From: Candidatus Latescibacterota bacterium
GTDB taxonomy: Bacteria; Latescibacterota; CBDEFO01
Assembly (NCBI GenBank): GCA_965248755.1
Contig: OZ252149.1
Coordinates: 2,464,001 to 2,528,000 of the forward strand
Direction of reading: 5' to 3'
Length of the DNA stretch: 64,000 bases
The translations under genes and the position numbers were made by a program. Numbering within the stretch: position 1 is the stretch's first letter; each line of letters opens with the position of its first letter. Positions 60,185 through 64,000 of the stretch are shown here, one piece after another. The notes beneath the pieces were generated by a model that did no database searches, was not told the DNA's origin, and worked only from the letters and a program-made list of their open reading frames with translations.

Positions 60185-62518
60185 ATGTATAGCTTCTCAG
60201 GAATCGCCTTGCCGATCACATCTATTCTGATTGCGCTTTCAACTGCTTTCCCTTGCTCTGCTCAACAGCCGGTCACCAGTGCCCGCGCCTTGGGGATGGG
60301 AGAGACCTTCCTGGCGATAGCTGACGATGGAAACGCGCTGTTCTACAATCCCGCAGGACTGCCCTCGTTGGGGCACCATGAGATTGTCAGCGGATACGCC
60401 GATCTGTTCGGGATCGGGATAACGAACAACACTATAGGATATGTCTTCCCTGTAGCTAACAACTACGCCCTTGGGTTCAACTGGGCGCACCTGAACTTTG
60501 AGGATTCCGAATTGGGTTATAAGAAGGACAACTTCAAGTTATCCTACGGGCATAGGGTCTGGAAGGAACTGTCCTTGGGATCTTCTTTAAGATATATCAC
60601 CACAGATATGATCCTGGACTCAAACTCGTTGGGAAAAGCCTCTGGATGGGGGTTGGATATGAGTTTTCTGTATGCCCCGGTCAAGTGGCTGAAATTTGGG
60701 GTGGTGGTGCAGGATGTGACAGATACCAAAGTGGAGTATGATGACGGGGGGACTGAGGTGATTGATCCCAGATCGTTCCAGGTGGGGACGGCCTATCGGC
60801 CGATGAAGGATCTGACAGTGGCATTGGATGTGGATGATCAGCTCCATTTCGGCGGAGAGTACTGGCTCAGTGATAATATGCTGGGACTGAGAGGCGGTCT
60901 ACAGAAGGATCTGGATACCTCGGAGCCGATGACGTATTCTGGTGGAGCGAGCATCCGCTATAAGCTGTTCCAGTTTGACTACGCCTATGTCGTACCGCCG
61001 ACACTGCCCTCCAGCCATCGCTTCTCCCTGTCTCTCTCCTTCAACTTGTATCCTTCTATGGTTCGAATCACAGAGACAAAGATAAATAACCTGTTTCCGG
61101 CGTTCCACAAGCGCTATGGTGTGCATCCATTGGGGAATGTGAAATTGGTCAACAGGGACGACAAGCCCTATCAGACTATGGTAAGCTTCTATATCCCCAA
61201 GCTGATGGACGCTCCGACCGAACAGCAGGTTATCATCCGGCCGAAGGAGACGAAGGAGGTTGGGCTTAAAGGGGTCTTTTCCAGTTCCATCACCGATTTG
61301 ACCGAGGATATACTGACGCAGGCGGAAGTCAGGGTCTCCTATACGACAGAGCGCAAGACGAGGTCGGACAGGGAGTCGGCCAGTTTCTATGTCTACAGTC
61401 GCAATGCGACTAGTTGGGACGATCTGGGGAAGGCAGCAGCCTTTATCACATCCACCGACCCGATCATAGCAGGTTTCGCCCGGCCGACGTTGGTCTCCTT
61501 TGAGGAGGAGATCAAGAACCTGGGACGTGGCAGTAGGAATCTGATCAGGGCGATGGTGCTCTTCGATGCGGTGAACGAGTACGGGGTGCGCTACATCGCT
61601 GATTCCAACAATCCCTACTCCCGGACATCTGCGGACATATCCGCTGTGGACAACATTCAGTATCCTGTTGAGGTGTTGAGGAAGAAGTCGGGGGACTGTG
61701 ACGATCTCACCGTGCTCTATTGCGCTCTTTTGGAGAACGTCGGTATTCCCACGGCGTTGGTGGATGCCCCTGGACACATCTATATGATGTTCGACAGCGG
61801 CGTTCCTATTGAAAAGGCCTACAGTCTCCCGATAGGCGAGAAACTGTATGTTGTTCGGAACGGCAATATTTGGATCCCTGTGGAGATCACCTTGTTCGGG
61901 AAATCGTTTATCGAGGCCTGGCGGTCCGGGGCAGGTGAATCCGCAAGTCTCATAGAGGAGGACGTCCTCAGGGTAGTGGACACTTCGGATGCGTGGCAGG
62001 AGTATGAACCCTCCCCTCCTAAATTTGAGGAGGAGATTTCCGTGCCAACCAAGGAAGATATAAAGGGAGCTTTCTCCCTGGATCGGTCGGGCTTGAAGGA
62101 GATGATAAATGCCTTTATAGAGCGCACCCACCTTGGGCCTCTGGGGGAGAGGCCGGAAGATTTTGACCTGCGGTTCAAGCTTGCCCGGATCTACACAGCG
62201 ATCCGTGAGTACGACCGTTCGGTCTCCGAATATCAACAGCTCTTAGAGTCAGGTGCGGATCCTGCTCGGGTATATAACAATATGGGGAGACCCTACTTTT
62301 TGAAAGGCAAAGTAAGGGATGCGGCTGAAAGCTTCAAGCAGGCTTTGGACCTGGATCCGACCGATGAGGGGGTCAAAAACAACTTTGAGTTGGCAATGTC
62401 ATTTCTGGGGGAGGAAGAGCGGATAGCCTTTGCAAGCGAGATCGGCGTATCCGTGCCTGAGGGGCTGAAGGCAGCCGACTTTGAGGTTGATGAGGAGAGC
62501 TTCTACTGGAGGGATTAG
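60185..62518 (+). CDS. PorV-like barrel + transglutaminase-like + TPR fusion (copy 2)
   Basis: Same length (777 aa) and motifs as 1415-3748. Confidence 0.85.
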   Translation: MYSFSGIALPITSILIALSTAFPCSAQQPVTSARALGMGETFLAIADDGNALFYNPAGLPSLGHHEIVSGYADLFGIGITNNTIGYVFPVANNYALGFNWAHLNFEDSELGYKKDNFKLSYGHRVWKELSLGSSLRYITTDMILDSNSLGKASGWGLDMSFLYAPVKWLKFGVVVQDVTDTKVEYDDGGTEVIDPRSFQVGTAYRPMKDLTVALDVDDQLHFGGEYWLSDNMLGLRGGLQKDLDTSEPMTYSGGASIRYKLFQFDYAYVVPPTLPSSHRFSLSLSFNLYPSMVRITETKINNLFPAFHKRYGVHPLGNVKLVNRDDKPYQTMVSFYIPKLMDAPTEQQVIIRPKETKEVGLKGVFSSSITDLTEDILTQAEVRVSYTTERKTRSDRESASFYVYSRNATSWDDLGKAAAFITSTDPIIAGFARPTLVSFEEEIKNLGRGSRNLIRAMVLFDAVNEYGVRYIADSNNPYSRTSADISAVDNIQYPVEVLRKKSGDCDDLTVLYCALLENVGIPTALVDAPGHIYMMFDSGVPIEKAYSLPIGEKLYVVRNGNIWIPVEITLFGKSFIEAWRSGAGESASLIEEDVLRVVDTSDAWQEYEPSPPKFEEEISVPTKEDIKGAFSLDRSGLKEMINAFIERTHLGPLGERPEDFDLRFKLARIYTAIREYDRSVSEYQQLLESGADPARVYNNMGRPYFLKGKVRDAAESFKQALDLDPTDEGVKNNFELAMSFLGEEERIAFASEIGVSVPEGLKAADFEVDEESFYWRD

Positions 62519-62553
62519 GGGGCGCTGATCTACCCCGACGAAAGGAGCAAGAG

Positions 62554-64000
62554 ATGCACAGGGATATTTGTAGGATAGCTCTAACGGCGGTCATCGCCGT
62601 TGTCCTCTACGTCACACCTGCAGGGGCGGCAAAGTGGAGGACATACACTACAGAAGATGGTCTGGCGAGCAACCATGTCTATGCGAGCTTGGAGGACAGA
62701 GAGGGCAACCTGTGGTTTGGAACTGAAGGGGGTGTGAGCCGCTATGATGGGATGTGGACAACCTACACCACAGCAGATGGGCTGGCGTACAACTCGGTCC
62801 GTTCGATCTTAGAGGATAGTGAGGGTAACTTGTGGTTTGGCACTGATAATGGAACTGTGAGCCGCTATGATGGCGTGAAATGGACGACCTTCACCTCAGA
62901 AGATGGTCTACCATTCAACCCGGTAAGTCCAGCTGGTCTACCATTCGACCCGATAATTAGGAGCTTGGAGGACAGAGAGGGCAACCTGTGGTTTGGATTA
63001 GGATTCGGTGGGGGCTTGAGCCGTTATGATGGGGAAAGGTGGACAACCTACACCAAAGCAGATGGCCTGGGAGGCAACAACGTGTTGGCGCTCTTGGAAG
63101 ATAGTGAGGGCAACTTGTGGTTTGGAACTAGACGGGGCGGCGTGAGCCGCTATGATGGGGAAAGATGGAGGACCTTCACCACAGTTGATGGCCTGGTACA
63201 CAACCGGGTCCTTTCGATCTTAGAGGATAGAAAGGGTAACTTGTGGTTTGGAACTAGTAGAGGTGTGAGCCGCTATGACGGGGAAAGATGGACGACCTAC
63301 ACCACAGAAGATGGCCTGGCGGAGAACTGGGTCAATACGATCTCTGAGGATAGTGAGGGCAACCTGTGGTTTGGAACTATATTTGGAGGCGTGAGCCGCT
63401 ATGACGGGGAAAGATGGACGACCTACACCACAGAAGATGGCCTGGCGGACAACTGGGTCAATACGATCTATGAGGATAGTGAGGGCAATCTGTGGTTTGG
63501 CACTCAGAATGGAGGCGTGAGCCGCTATGATGAGACATGGACAACCTACACCACAGTTGATGGCCTAGCGGACAACTCGGTCAGAGCAATCTTAGAGGAT
63601 AGCGAGGGCAATTTGTGGTTTGGGACTTTTGGGGGCGGTGTGAGCCGCTATGATGGGGAGAGATGGACGACCTACACTACATCAGATGGCTTGGCGGGCA
63701 ACCGGGTCTATACAATCTTTGAGGATAGTGCGGGCAATCTGTGGTTTGGAATTGGTGGAGGCGTGAGCCGCTATGATGGGGAAAGATGGATGACCTACAC
63801 CAGAAAAGATGGCTTGGCGGGCAACACGGTCTATTCGATCTTGGAGGATAGTGCGGGCAATCTGTGGTTTGGTACTTTTGCGTTCGGCGTGATCAGCTAT
63901 GATGGGGAGAGATGGACAACCTTCTCCACACGTGATGGCCTAGCAGACAACAATGTCTATACAATCTTGGAGGATAGAGAGGGCAATTTGTGGTTTGGTA
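62554..64000 (+). CDS. Secreted regulator-propeller repeat protein, paralog of 3784-6978; runs off the window
   Basis: AAAGGAG RBS; MHRDICRIALTAVIAVV signal; EDxEGNLWFG repeats in an open frame to the end. Confidence 0.85.
   Translation, partial: MHRDICRIALTAVIAVVLYVTPAGAAKWRTYTTEDGLASNHVYASLEDREGNLWFGTEGGVSRYDGMWTTYTTADGLAYNSVRSILEDSEGNLWFGTDNGTVSRYDGVKWTTFTSEDGLPFNPVSPAGLPFDPIIRSLEDREGNLWFGLGFGGGLSRYDGERWTTYTKADGLGGNNVLALLEDSEGNLWFGTRRGGVSRYDGERWRTFTTVDGLVHNRVLSILEDRKGNLWFGTSRGVSRYDGERWTTYTTEDGLAENWVNTISEDSEGNLWFGTIFGGVSRYDGERWTTYTTEDGLADNWVNTIYEDSEGNLWFGTQNGGVSRYDETWTTYTTVDGLADNSVRAILEDSEGNLWFGTFGGGVSRYDGERWTTYTTSDGLAGNRVYTIFEDSAGNLWFGIGGGVSRYDGERWMTYTRKDGLAGNTVYSILEDSAGNLWFGTFAFGVISYDGERWTTFSTRDGLADNNVYTILEDREGNLWFG

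Noticed and set aside
60899..62236. 445-aa minus-strand ORF
   Set aside because: Antisense shadow of the PorV fusion; broken by stops in the paralogous copy

Overview
Bacterial chromosomal window, probably from an FCB-superphylum lineage such as Latescibacterota or KSB1. This is inferred from PorV-like barrels, NYPNPFNP...WDG...TRKLxLMR sorting tails and GDFDGD-type dockerin-like repeats. About 1-21 kb is an accessory island. A large serine recombinase has a 130-bp 3' tail present in three direct, in-frame copies. These copies delimit two ~7 kb cargo blocks: a PorV-barrel/transglutaminase/TPR fusion with a 14-blade propeller partner, and three paralogous cohesin/dockerin/sorting-domain proteins. 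IS256 and IS1380 follow. About 21-40 kb is a co-directional, IS-bounded cluster: two exported caspase-like proteases, a giant frameshifted PKD/TolB/FG-GAP lipoprotein, DUF4384-like and FecR/DUF928-like proteins, a CHASE2 pseudo-cyclase fused to a cNMP-binding domain, an AI-2E permease and an intact CHASE2 adenylate cyclase. This cluster is the best candidate for an undescribed signalling system. About 40-60 kb holds IS21/IS256 debris, pseudogenes and housekeeping genes (yceI, ROK kinase, hemL, comEA, PTS IIA, mlaEFD, mocA-like, M20). From 60 kb there is a second copy of the PorV-fusion/propeller pair. Several small palindromic repeat families are dispersed, one inserted in frame in a CDS. No rRNA, intact tRNA or CRISPR array was seen. 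All family calls come from motif recognition by eye, not database searches.
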